A DNA stretch of 64,000 nt from Candidatus Obscuribacterales bacterium. Lineage in GTDB: Bacteria > Cyanobacteriota > Vampirovibrionia > Obscuribacterales > Obscuribacteraceae. The first letter of the stretch is position 1. The number at the start of each line of letters is the position of its first letter. The stretch covers positions 1,280,001-1,344,000 of the forward strand of contig CBDDIJ010000003.1 in NCBI GenBank assembly GCA_965228855.1, read 5' to 3'. A program made the translations under genes and the position numbers. This document shows positions 29,306 through 39,017 of the stretch, in pieces. Below the pieces are notes generated by a model. The model made no database searches. It worked only from the letters and a program-made list of their open reading frames with translations, and was not told where the DNA came from.

Positions 29306-31189
29306 GTGTCGTCAGTAAGAGTTCTTGCCATCGGGTTTGGTATCGCGATTTTCGTCGTTGGTACGGCTCCTGATGTGCTGGCTGAGAAGAATCCGGACAG
29401 CGCTGACGTGAGCGGGGACGTCGCGGTTACGTCCGACGAGAAGACCGATCTGCGTAAACTCAGCGACCCTGTTAGAAGTAGCACCGATGGTGGTGCTCTG
29501 TCCGATGGCGACCAGCAGGACAAGGACCTTGCGCAAGTCACCAGGGCTATCGAATCAAGCGACAAAGAGGTCTCCGCCGGCAAGCTCGACAAAGCCGTCA
29601 TAATGTTAATCAGCGCACTGAAAGATTTTGGCGAAAATCCCCAACTGCGCGAACGACTTTCACGCGTTTACTACATGCAAGGAAAGGTCGATGATGCGAT
29701 ATCCGAGTTGGAAGTCGCGGTGTCGTTGGACCCTACTAACTTCGACTATCACGCAGGTGTTGCCTGGTTATACTCGATTGCCGGGAAATATTCCGAATCG
29801 GTAAAATACGCGAAGCAGGCGATAGTGTTGGACTCAACAAGAGCCTATCCGCTCGTGGTCATGGGCTTCTCGCTCGCTTGCATGGGCAAGCGTTCACAGG
29901 CTGCGGAACTCTTAAAGAAGGCGATAGCGATTGAGCCTGAGAATGCGACAGCCTACTTGTATCTTGCGGATGTTTTGCTCGCTGATGGTGATTATAAGCA
30001 GGCATTGCCGCTGTATCAGAAGAGTCTGAAGTTAGACTCGCGGACCTCCAGCGCGTTTGTCGGTCTGGGAGACTGTTTTCAGAAGCTCGGGCACCATAAG
30101 GAGGCAATTGCAGCATACACGAAAGCTGTCGATTTGGCTCCCCAGGACGCGACTGCTCGCGGGCACCTCGGATTTGCTCTTTCGCAGTCCGGCGATGTAA
30201 TGGGTTCCATGCGTCAGGGGTTCGCAGCAAATTCCATTCGGATTGGGCAATATTGGGGCAAGTTCATGGGAATGTTTGTTGCCGTTTGGGCAGGAATATT
30301 CATTTTCTTTGGTACCATATTTGGTGCTATGTTCATGAGCTCGCGCTTTCATCCTTTGGCCGGAGAGCAGGTTCTGAACGAGTTCTTGCTGGTCTTCTAT
30401 CGAGATCGTCCTGGGCGTTTCGTAATTACCGACAGGCGGCTGGTGTTTATTCCCGAGCTGGTTTCACGCTGGTTCGGTGCGACTCGCGTCAGTATTCAGA
30501 GAGAGCAGATCCTTGCGAGCCGCATGGACAAGGCTCAGGACATCACGGTCCTCGTGCTCACCACCACAAGCGGTGCTGATCTGTCATTCAGAATCCCTGC
30601 GCCGATAGCCGAGCCATTGCGAAACGTGTTGAGTGAGCAAGGTTTGTTCGGTGAAGGGCTACAATCACTCGAGGCAACTGGCGCGAATAGAGCACTCGTT
30701 ATTGATGGCGTGGGGGATGCTAATCAGGGGTCTGGTCGCGTAGGTTCGTCATCCGGCGATGCGAAAGCGAATTCAATAAAACCGCAAGATATATCACAGG
30801 AAGTATCGCAAGAACTGCCGAATTCATTCATTGCAGCAAGTTTTGATTTTCGAACGCCGGAAGCGGCAGAAGAAACAGATAATGCTTCTACATTGAAGTT
30901 ATCTGCAATCGAGCCAGGCGGCGCCGCTGTGGAGGAATCGATAGCTGCTTTAGAACGGCCTAAGTCATTTGAGCGGCAAGGTGGGCCTAGAGTCCCTCAG
31001 CCAAAGGAAGGCAAAAATGCTGCTCCGAAAGCGAAGCAGAAAAAATCGCAGCCAGGTAAACCCTCAGATAGCGACGTTTTAAAGGGGGGGCAGACGTCGT
31101 CTGCCAGACCTGCTCACAATCGCAGGGCTGAAGACAAGCCTGCGCACAATCGGCGCGCCGAGGACAAAAAGGGCGACGAGAGCCAATAA
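29306..31189 (+). CDS. TPR ectodomain + TM helix + PH-like domain + disordered tail
   Basis: Signal-like N-terminus, about 7 TPRs, TM helix, GRFVITDRRLVF PH/GRAM-like motif. Confidence 0.75.
   Translation: MSSVRVLAIGFGIAIFVVGTAPDVLAEKNPDSADVSGDVAVTSDEKTDLRKLSDPVRSSTDGGALSDGDQQDKDLAQVTRAIESSDKEVSAGKLDKAVIMLISALKDFGENPQLRERLSRVYYMQGKVDDAISELEVAVSLDPTNFDYHAGVAWLYSIAGKYSESVKYAKQAIVLDSTRAYPLVVMGFSLACMGKRSQAAELLKKAIAIEPENATAYLYLADVLLADGDYKQALPLYQKSLKLDSRTSSAFVGLGDCFQKLGHHKEAIAAYTKAVDLAPQDATARGHLGFALSQSGDVMGSMRQGFAANSIRIGQYWGKFMGMFVAVWAGIFIFFGTIFGAMFMSSRFHPLAGEQVLNEFLLVFYRDRPGRFVITDRRLVFIPELVSRWFGATRVSIQREQILASRMDKAQDITVLVLTTTSGADLSFRIPAPIAEPLRNVLSEQGLFGEGLQSLEATGANRALVIDGVGDANQGSGRVGSSSGDAKANSIKPQDISQEVSQELPNSFIAASFDFRTPEAAEETDNASTLKLSAIEPGGAAVEESIAALERPKSFERQGGPRVPQPKEGKNAAPKAKQKKSQPGKPSDSDVLKGGQTSSARPAHNRRAEDKPAHNRRAEDKKGDESQ
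31109..31168 (+). repeat. 2 x 30-nt in-frame repeat encoding PAHNRRAEDK
   Basis: Identical peptide; 7 nucleotide differences, all synonymous. Confidence 0.9.
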
Positions 31190-31194
31190 GGTTT

Positions 31195-33291
31195 CTACCT
31201 TCCGACATCACTGAACATAACTCTCGTTACATTTTTGCGAATTGCTTCTTGCATCGCCTTCTGGGCATTTGAAACTACTGATTCAAGATCCTTCGCGTCC
31301 GTTGGAACGTTGGCTATGCCAAAGAAAAATGATGGTCGTGTTTGTGCCAGTTCCGGTGCGAATTTGGACAGATTGGTTGTAATCTTGTCGACGAGTGTTG
31401 CTGCCTGGCCGCTGTTCGAGTTAGGCAAAATCAGCGCATATCCCTTTTCGCCAAAGTGACCGAAGATGTCTACATCATGTTTGATTTTGCCAATCGCCGA
31501 GGTCGTCAGGGAGACGATCTTCGACGCCTGCATAGTCGGTCGCTCTTTGGTCTGTAGTTTCATGCAAAAGACCATTAGAGAAAAAGTGGTGCCGAATCGG
31601 AAAGATCTGGCAAATTCACGCTCGAGAAAAAATTGAACTGCTTCGAAGGTGAGAATACCCGTCTCCGTATTCGTCAAAGCCGCCATCACCTGTTTAGGAG
31701 TGACCCTGTTGTAGAAAACTTCCGAGGTCTGTATGCCAACATGAACTGTGTCCACATCCAGCGTTGTGGTGGCGTTTGACATAAACGCCTGCACCGCAGG
31801 TGATGGCAGGTTGTCGCCGCCTCCTACACCGCCGCCGCCTGCACCGAACATCGCCGATGGTGGCAAAAGTGGTGCCGAACTTTGCTGCGGTTGTGCTTGC
31901 TGAGCGCCCCAACTACCAGCCTGTGCCGCGGGTGGAGCTTTAGTCGTGAATGTTCCACTGGTGGCTTGTGGGTTGGTTGGAAATGTTCCACTCGTACCTT
32001 GATTGGTGGTAAACGAACCGCTTGTGCTTTGCGGGGGAAGCTGGTTTTGCTGACCATTAGCATTGAACTGATTCTGCTGGAACTGTGCTACCGAATTTTG
32101 CATATGTGGCGGGATGCTATTGCCGCTGTTAGCCTGCTGCTGGTTGCCTGTGGTGCTCAGCGGATCTGGGCGACCAAGTCTGTCGTTGCTGTTTTGTTCC
32201 AGATAGAAGCTGCCTGTGATTTGCTGCGCCGTCTTGGGCTCGGCGTACGGGTCGTGCATAACACTCTGTCCGTCCGGGGTTAGTGCTAACCCTAACTTCA
32301 GAAGGTTGGTTGCAATTGCTATCCATTGACTGGGGTTGAGAGACAGGAGTAGCGAAATGTCCTTGAGAGTTCTGTTGCCATCGAGATTTTGAAAGAATCG
32401 CTTTTGGAGATCGAGTCCAAGCGGTGGACCGTCGAGGATCCTTTTCTCGAATGCCTGTTCTGAAATATTGCTGGTCGCTCTGCTGAGAACGGACATATCG
32501 TCAATCCCGTGATCTTGCAGAAACGCTATATTCTCGATCAGTTCAGCCGATAGATATAGAATTTGTTCGATCGGTTGGTGGATCGTATTGGTATCAGCCT
32601 TGGTGCCCTGAACAAAAGAAACTTTGCCCTGCATCCATGTGCAAAGCTCCAGCATGGCTTCTAAACCGCTCTGAGTCGGCGTGGTTGCATGGACAGGTCT
32701 GCCGTGCAAGAACACCACAATGCCTTCGCCTTCCGGTGATTCTATGGTCAATTTCCCTGAGGCATCTTCTTTGGCTGCGAGCTGAAGAAGCGAGTTCATA
32801 GGTACTGTTTCCAATGAACCGCTCAGAAGTTTTGTAATTGGCGGTCTGTTCGACTGTTGTTGCTGTTGTTGTGACGTCAGGGTGCTGCCGGGAGAGACGT
32901 ATCGATTGCCTGGAGTTGTGTGCTTCAGGGTACCAAGCGAATCAAGAATCGTACCTGATTGCTCTACGGGTTCGTCGGCCGTTGGGTCTGGGGCGCCAAC
33001 CCCCTGCAATATTTGCGGATAGATCACACCGAGGTCCATGGTCCGGTAGAACCAGAGCATGCGTTGGCCCATCTCCGATGACTCATGCATCCACCATTGC
33101 ATCTCGTCGTTTGCTTTCTTGAGATAAAGCGTGAGTGTGAATTGGCGAGCTTTCTCGTCGACCCAGTAAAAGCAGTGTTTGATACCTTTGATCTTTTGCG
33201 CTTGTTCTATGAATTTCGCCAATTCAGGGAGACCGGGATAGGTATCCACTCGGTAGTGCTGTTTAGGGATGTTGTGTTGGTAACTGAACAT
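31195..33291 (-). CDS. DUF4388-like domain + Gln-rich linker + degenerate GGDEF domain
   Basis: SGSLETVPMNSLLQLAA...GKLTI...GRPVHA; TGILT...LEREFAR; HFGEKGY in place of GGDEF. Confidence 0.8.
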   Translation of the reverse strand: MFSYQHNIPKQHYRVDTYPGLPELAKFIEQAQKIKGIKHCFYWVDEKARQFTLTLYLKKANDEMQWWMHESSEMGQRMLWFYRTMDLGVIYPQILQGVGAPDPTADEPVEQSGTILDSLGTLKHTTPGNRYVSPGSTLTSQQQQQQSNRPPITKLLSGSLETVPMNSLLQLAAKEDASGKLTIESPEGEGIVVFLHGRPVHATTPTQSGLEAMLELCTWMQGKVSFVQGTKADTNTIHQPIEQILYLSAELIENIAFLQDHGIDDMSVLSRATSNISEQAFEKRILDGPPLGLDLQKRFFQNLDGNRTLKDISLLLSLNPSQWIAIATNLLKLGLALTPDGQSVMHDPYAEPKTAQQITGSFYLEQNSNDRLGRPDPLSTTGNQQQANSGNSIPPHMQNSVAQFQQNQFNANGQQNQLPPQSTSGSFTTNQGTSGTFPTNPQATSGTFTTKAPPAAQAGSWGAQQAQPQQSSAPLLPPSAMFGAGGGGVGGGDNLPSPAVQAFMSNATTTLDVDTVHVGIQTSEVFYNRVTPKQVMAALTNTETGILTFEAVQFFLEREFARSFRFGTTFSLMVFCMKLQTKERPTMQASKIVSLTTSAIGKIKHDVDIFGHFGEKGYALILPNSNSGQAATLVDKITTNLSKFAPELAQTRPSFFFGIANVPTDAKDLESVVSNAQKAMQEAIRKNVTRVMFSDVGR

Positions 33292-33391
33292 TCGCTATTG
33301 AAGCTGATCAACGCACAAGAACTCGGAAATTACAGGCGCCCTCGCGAGATCTGAGGCCCCATAATAATTGTGCACACATTGGGAATTGTGA

Positions 33392-33995
33392 AACCTGAAC
33401 TATTATCGGCTGTTTGCGCCTTTTGACATTCCGTATGTCCAACAATAACACTTGTCGACAATTAAACAAGTGGTATTGTCGACAAAATTTCCAATTGCAT
33501 TCCCTCAGGGAAATTTTTTCACGGATGGCTACGAGTTTCGCGGTCATCAAAACTTTGACTTAATTGGCGTCTATCGTAGGATGACGGAATTTCGCAAATT
33601 CGGCATTCCGAGATAGACAGCCAATTGCGATTGGAGCATGCCGCAACAGGAGCCCATCTTGAAGTGCACCTGAACGAATACAATGAGTTTATTGCATTCG
33701 TTCAGGTTAATTTGAAGCTGAACTCGTCGCGGTTTCCGTGGCGCAGAAGACCGAATGCAATCTCTGTCTATCTCTCAATGACGGAATATCCAAAATCCGT
33801 CTTCGTGCCATAGACAGCCATTGGACGACTCGTCTCAAGTGACAGACGAACACAGAACCTGCCGGCACTGGCCTCGCTCAAGGCGCAACCGGAGCGGAGT
33901 TCGGAATACCTGAGCGAATGCTATGAGTCTACTTACTCTATTCAGGGAACCTGAACAAACGCAATAAGACCTTTCGAGTGGTCGACAATACGAAT
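33392..33995. repeat. Cluster of duplicated long imperfect palindromes (families A, B, C)
   Basis: A: 33562-33626 and 33764-33817; B: 33668-33707, 33908-33947 plus half-copies; C: TTGTCGACAA at 33452 and 33476, partial at 33981. Confidence 0.85.
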
Positions 33996-34215
33996 GTTCA
34001 AATTGTGTGACACGAAACTTCCACAAATTATCCCTATACTCAGTGAACTCACTTGTCCTATGGACGTTACTGTAAAAATGACGACGCTGCCCACTTCTAG
34101 TTCTTTTGCTCCTTGCGGTGAAGTCGCGACTGCGAGCTTTGGTCTTCTGGTTCAGAAAATCGTTCAGTCCAATTCCGGTAGACACACGGCTCTACGTCAG
34201 TCTCCGGAAGTTGAC

Positions 34216-34824
34216 ATGGATGACAACTGGGCAGATTTCCGAACCCGCGCCGAGCAATCTGAAAACGCGGGCAACTTCGCGCACGCCGAGGGAATGTGGT
34301 TAAAGGCGATATTTGAAACTCACGCCTTCGACGATCGAGATTGGCGAACGGCCTATTCACTGGATAGGCTTGCCGGTCTGTACTATTCGCTAGAGCGTTT
34401 CGATGAGGCTGAGGTTTTTGCGGAGCGCGCGCTGACCGCAACGCGTTTAGCATATGGCTCCGATCACCTCAAGACAGCCGAGAGCGAATCACTCGCCGGC
34501 GCGGTTTCTTATTGCCTCGGAAAACTCGAAGAGGCCTGCAGCCACGTCCACAAGTCGTTAACGATTAACGAGCACCTTCTCGACCCGATTCATACGAAAA
34601 CAGCTGCGACCTGCTTGAACCTGGCTTACATCTATCATGCCAAAGGTGACTTCGATTTATCTGAGCCGTTCTATCAGAGAGCCTTTAAAATTCGCGCTCA
34701 AATCTTCGGATGGGATCACGAAATGACGTCGAAGGTCTCGAAGGCTTACGCCGAAATGGCGATTGACAGAAAGTGCCATCTCGAAGCCAAACAGATGGTC
34801 GATCTGCTCATGGAAGCAGTTTAG
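34216..34824 (+). CDS. TPR (kinesin-light-chain-like repeat) protein
   Basis: SLDRLAGLY, GSDHLKTA, CLNLAYIY..YQRAFKIR; ATG 34216 follows a GGAAG RBS. Confidence 0.8.
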   Translation: MDDNWADFRTRAEQSENAGNFAHAEGMWLKAIFETHAFDDRDWRTAYSLDRLAGLYYSLERFDEAEVFAERALTATRLAYGSDHLKTAESESLAGAVSYCLGKLEEACSHVHKSLTINEHLLDPIHTKTAATCLNLAYIYHAKGDFDLSEPFYQRAFKIRAQIFGWDHEMTSKVSKAYAEMAIDRKCHLEAKQMVDLLMEAV

Positions 34825-35092
34825 AGACTGAAGCACAGGGGTCGAAACTTCACGGAGCAAACAGTGGATTTCTGGCGGTTTCGCCGGTGGTGCTCCAGTC
34901 TGATAATGTATATTATGTTTCATCGGGGCGTCTGGAGGTCTGAGACCTTTGCCAGAGTAGCGTTTCGGGACTTGGAATTTTTAGGCGTTTTTAGCGCCTT
35001 TTCGTTTTCCGAAGGACGGATTTCTAGTCGCCGCGATTTCGACCGCCTTATTTCGGATGACTTCATATAATTGAAGAGTCAGTTCTATTTTT

Positions 35093-35587
35093 TTGCGAGT
35101 CTTCTCAAAATTGCTGTTTCGAACCTTGCTAACTCTCTTTCTCCTGGTGAACTTCGCGTCACCGCCAGCGGTGCAGGCTAAAACTGCTAGCAATGCAGCG
35201 CTACTGAAGCAAGGCCGTAAGCTGGTCAACGAGAAAAAACACAAAGAGGCGCAGGCAGTTTTTGAAAAGATCTTGCTGACTGAACCCAGAAACGCGGAAG
35301 CTTGTGCCGGTTTAGCCTGGTCGCTCTTCAGTCAGGGGCAACGCGATAAAGCCGAAATCTATGCCAAGAAGTCGATCGAGATTGATGACAAATTTCCGAT
35401 GGCGCACAACGTCATGGGCGCCATCTACTTCGCTCAGGGAAAGGTGGAGGAGGCAAAGAACGAGTTTAGAACAGTTCTTCGAATCGATCCCAAGCGACGA
35501 TGCGGTGGTTGCGCAGACTTGCGGGGGCTGCTTGGTAATGATATCCCTCCGGTTCAGAATACCAAGGGCATTAAATACAAGGATTGA
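35093..35587 (+). CDS. Secreted TPR protein with C-terminal CGGC
   Basis: Signal peptide (VQA), 3 TPRs. Confidence 0.8.
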   Translation: MRVFSKLLFRTLLTLFLLVNFASPPAVQAKTASNAALLKQGRKLVNEKKHKEAQAVFEKILLTEPRNAEACAGLAWSLFSQGQRDKAEIYAKKSIEIDDKFPMAHNVMGAIYFAQGKVEEAKNEFRTVLRIDPKRRCGGCADLRGLLGNDIPPVQNTKGIKYKD

Positions 35588-36184
35588 TCAAGCAAAAAGT
35601 GCGTCAGCGATTTCCCTGGTTAGCCAGCCGTGACGAATGAAAGCGTCAACCAGCGAGGCATTCTCCTGCCACTTCATCTCCATCTGCGCGATAAGCACCA
35701 TGTCCAGTGTAGCCAGGTTGAGTGCAATCAAACGCTGGGCGATTGGGTCGTTGCGCTCACCATCCACATCGATCAAACCCTGGCCCAGTAGCAGTCCCTC
35801 GAGTTGAACCCGAGATAGAAACTGTTTATCTTCCAAAACTTCACCGAGCGGCAAGCCGGTTCTGATCTGTTCCTGAACCGCTTCCTCTAATTGCTCCATC
35901 GATATAATGCCGGTTGCCACGCACATTTGCCCCAAACGTGGGTGAGTGGTTTCATTGCTTCGGGAGCTCTGATGGCTGGCTCGCGCGGATTCTGCAGAGC
36001 CGCCGGAGGTCAAACTTCGGTAGGCTTCGTCGATTGCAGTCACGCATTTTGCGGCCTGGTCTCGTGCCGGACCGGTCTGAAAGGATTCAGGCGCCAATCT
36101 GGTTGAGAGGCTTTTATAAGCTTTGTCAATTTCGGCTGGCTCGGTGTCTTCGGGTATTCCGAGCACCTGATAAGGGCTGTACAT
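35588..36184 (-). CDS. Degenerate J-domain + MshEN protein
   Basis: SPYQVLGI...IDKAYKSL; HPD replaced by APE; RLGQMCVATGII...LGEVL. Confidence 0.8.
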   Translation of the reverse strand: MYSPYQVLGIPEDTEPAEIDKAYKSLSTRLAPESFQTGPARDQAAKCVTAIDEAYRSLTSGGSAESARASHQSSRSNETTHPRLGQMCVATGIISMEQLEEAVQEQIRTGLPLGEVLEDKQFLSRVQLEGLLLGQGLIDVDGERNDPIAQRLIALNLATLDMVLIAQMEMKWQENASLVDAFIRHGWLTREIADALFA

Positions 36185-36343
36185 TTGGCAACAATCCGCT
36201 GCTGAGCACTAAAACGACCTTCAGATTAACACAAGCGAATGTATGCAGATATATGACATCTGAAAAGCACTTAAAGACCCCGGCTAGATGACCGGCCTAT
36301 GATAGTCAAGCATTGCCTGAAAGCCTAATTGGCGCGGTGTTCT

Positions 36344-37795
36344 TTGGTATTTAACTCACTTCAGTACCTGCTTTTCCTTCCGACCGTACTGGTCCTGTTC
36401 TGGCTGTGTCCATTTAAATGGCGCATTCCGATATTGCTCGTTGCAAGTTACATCTTCTATGCGTCCTGGCGCCCGATCTACTTGTTCTTGATTCTGGGCA
36501 TGACGATCGCCAACTATTTCCTGGGCATTAAAATTGCCGATTCTAAGGACCATAAGAAGGCCTGGATGATCACGGGCGTCGTCGGTAACCTTCTGACGCT
36601 GGCATATTTCAAGTACTTCTACCTTTTAGAAGAAACATTCATCTGGGCAGCGAAACCTTTTGTCGGAGAATTGCCAAAGCTCGATCTCAAGATTGTATTG
36701 CCGCTTGCAATCTCGTTCTTCGTGTTCGAGTTCATCCATTATCTTGTTGACGTCTATAAGGGCAAATCGGAGCCGGTAAAAGACCCTCTGTCCTTCGCGC
36801 TGTTCCCTGCTTTTTTCCCTACGCAGGTTGCTGGTCCTATCAAACGTGTCCAGGACTTCCTTCCGCAGTTGAAGATCGAATCAAAATTCAAACGTGAAGA
36901 CCTCGACCAGGGCTGCTTCTTGATTTTGAACGGTCTCTTCAAAAAAGTATTGCTTGCCGACAACCTGGCGCTGTTCGTCACCGGCGGCTTTTCGAATCCG
37001 GAACTGATGACGTCTCTGGATGTCTGGATTTGCGCCGCGGCCTTTTCGTTCCAGGTGTATTTCGACTTCAGTGGTTATGCCGATATCGCCCGCGGTTCCG
37101 CACAACTCTTCGGATACAAAGTTCCTCTGAACTTCAAATTCCCTTATCTGTCAGGCAGCATCACTGATTTCTGGCGGCGTTGGCACATTACGCTCGGAAG
37201 TTGGCTGCGTGACTACTTGTACTTTCCGATGGGCGGGTCCAAAAATGGTCGTTTTCGCGCTTCATTGAACCTCATCATAACCATGACCCTGTGCGGACTC
37301 TGGCACGGTGCAGGATGGCATCTGGTAGCTTGGGGCTTCTATCATGGACTCTTGCTGACTGCTCATCGTGAATTCTCACACTTCAGGGAGCATCATCCAA
37401 AGTTCCTCACTGTGCTGGATACAAAGGTCGGTCATATGTTCTCTGTGGCTCTGACGTTTGCTTCATTCTGCGTGGGTATCGTTATATTCCGCTCTGACAA
37501 TATCTTCATCGGTCTGCAGATGGTGCAGAAGATGCTGTTTTTGAACGGATTGTTCAACGCCGACCATAACTTGAGCACCATTGCCGGTATCAACTACCCG
37601 CTCATCTTCTCTAGCATTTTGTTTGTTCTTCCAGTCTTCTGGGTCGGTCAATTGGTGTGTCAGGAAGTGATTAAACGTTTTCCGCCAACCCAAGTACCAC
37701 AAGTCGTTCGGGTCGTTTACGCTACCGCGCTCATTTTTATGATCGTTGCGTTTGCGCCTGATTCTTCTCCTCGTTTCATCTACTACCAATTCTGA
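36344..37795 (+). CDS. MBOAT O-acyltransferase (AlgI/DltB-like) no. 1
   Basis: FFPTQVAGPI, YFDFSGY, FWRRWHITL, GLWHG, C-terminal FIYYQF. Confidence 0.93.
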   Translation: MVFNSLQYLLFLPTVLVLFWLCPFKWRIPILLVASYIFYASWRPIYLFLILGMTIANYFLGIKIADSKDHKKAWMITGVVGNLLTLAYFKYFYLLEETFIWAAKPFVGELPKLDLKIVLPLAISFFVFEFIHYLVDVYKGKSEPVKDPLSFALFPAFFPTQVAGPIKRVQDFLPQLKIESKFKREDLDQGCFLILNGLFKKVLLADNLALFVTGGFSNPELMTSLDVWICAAAFSFQVYFDFSGYADIARGSAQLFGYKVPLNFKFPYLSGSITDFWRRWHITLGSWLRDYLYFPMGGSKNGRFRASLNLIITMTLCGLWHGAGWHLVAWGFYHGLLLTAHREFSHFREHHPKFLTVLDTKVGHMFSVALTFASFCVGIVIFRSDNIFIGLQMVQKMLFLNGLFNADHNLSTIAGINYPLIFSSILFVLPVFWVGQLVCQEVIKRFPPTQVPQVVRVVYATALIFMIVAFAPDSSPRFIYYQF

Positions 37796-37810
37796 TCGAG
37801 GCAACCGAAA

Positions 37811-39016
37811 GTGAAACCGTTTAATTGGTCAGCATTTCTCAGTGGAGCTCGAAAGAGTGACGTGGTGCTGGCTTTGCTTTTGTTTGTCATTGTTGATGCT
37901 GCCGTCGGGATTGGGATTGCTCTCAACCAAAAACCGCTTGCGTTCAACTACGACGTCCCGTTTCGCAGTAGAACCTGGTACGCGTTGACCGATTTAGCTC
38001 AACAGAAACAGACACCCGATCTCGTTCTCCTTGGTGCTTCCGACATGACGTGCGCCCTGTATGGTGCCGAAGCGACGTATCAGAAGAAAACGGTAAGCCA
38101 GCTGACTAACCACCGAAGTACTTATCTTGAAAGTCAACTGGAGAAAGCATCTGCTCCCTACAAATCAACTTTCTGTCTGGCTATTCCAGGCCAGATGCCT
38201 TCCGATCAGTATTTCATGCTTCGTACTCTGGTATCGAATAAGGTGAAACCAAAGGCACTCTATTGCACGATGGTGCCGAGAAACTTTGTCGATGCAACAT
38301 TCAAAAACCCAAGCACCAGCGACGTTTACAAGAACGCTGCCAGAGTGAACGGCGTTGGAATCGCCGACGAGATTGCTTGCCGGAAAAAAGATGTATTTTC
38401 TCTTTTCGACTGGGGGCTCAGCAGACTTTCATCAGTCTACGGGCATACACAGACATTCAAGAGCATCCAGCATCACCTCGTTCAGAGCATCTGTCGACCA
38501 GGCGATTCTCGTTTTGAAACAGTAGAAATGCCGGTGACCATGCGGAAATTGGCGCTTATGGACTTGCCGGAGGACTTTGCTCCGACAGAGGTAGGGCAAG
38601 ATCCGTTCGACCCGAACAATAACGTTTTCGTTGATAACCTTCACGAGTATCGCGTCCGATATTCTCAATTCAGCCCCAAAATCTGGGCTCAGCAACTCGA
38701 CTACTTCAAGCGCACTTGTGAGCTTGCTAAAGCAGAGGGAATAGACCTGGTGGTAGGCAACTCTCCGTTGACGGCAGAAAACCTCGCCATGGTGCCGTCA
38801 GATACCTATAAACGATATCTAGACCAGGTATCATCCACGGTGCGAGCAAATGGTGGCGTCTTTGTTGACCTCAACTTGCCCGGTCTGTTCCAGCACGATG
38901 ATTTCTTCGACAGCGTGCACCTTAACGGTAAGGGCGGCCAAAAGTTCCTATCCTACGTTGCTGACGCAATGTCATCGCGGTCCCTGGCTCAAAGCGCGAC
39001 TCAGCAGACTAAGTAA
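37811..39016 (+). CDS. SGNH/DltD-like extracytoplasmic acyltransferase partner no. 1
   Basis: N-terminal TM helix, LLGASD, C-terminal FDSVHLN (DxxH); follows an MBOAT gene. Confidence 0.75.
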   Translation: MKPFNWSAFLSGARKSDVVLALLLFVIVDAAVGIGIALNQKPLAFNYDVPFRSRTWYALTDLAQQKQTPDLVLLGASDMTCALYGAEATYQKKTVSQLTNHRSTYLESQLEKASAPYKSTFCLAIPGQMPSDQYFMLRTLVSNKVKPKALYCTMVPRNFVDATFKNPSTSDVYKNAARVNGVGIADEIACRKKDVFSLFDWGLSRLSSVYGHTQTFKSIQHHLVQSICRPGDSRFETVEMPVTMRKLALMDLPEDFAPTEVGQDPFDPNNNVFVDNLHEYRVRYSQFSPKIWAQQLDYFKRTCELAKAEGIDLVVGNSPLTAENLAMVPSDTYKRYLDQVSSTVRANGGVFVDLNLPGLFQHDDFFDSVHLNGKGGQKFLSYVADAMSSRSLAQSATQQTK

Positions 39017-39017
39017 C

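Noticed and set aside
33392..33995. CRISPR array or integron attC array
   Set aside because: Repeats are heterogeneous and irregularly spaced, no cas or intI gene is present, and the B elements are only 40 bp with no cassette ORFs between them.
33994..34215. N-terminal extension of the TPR ORF from 33994
   Set aside because: It begins at the edge of the palindrome region and does not look protein-like; ATG 34216 has a better RBS.
37793..37811. The MBOAT-1 TGA stop is in frame with the downstream SGNH gene (possible readthrough fusion)
   Set aside because: FIY(Y/F)QF is the normal family C-terminus, there is no Cys/Sec context, and the paralogous pair ends in TAG out of frame.
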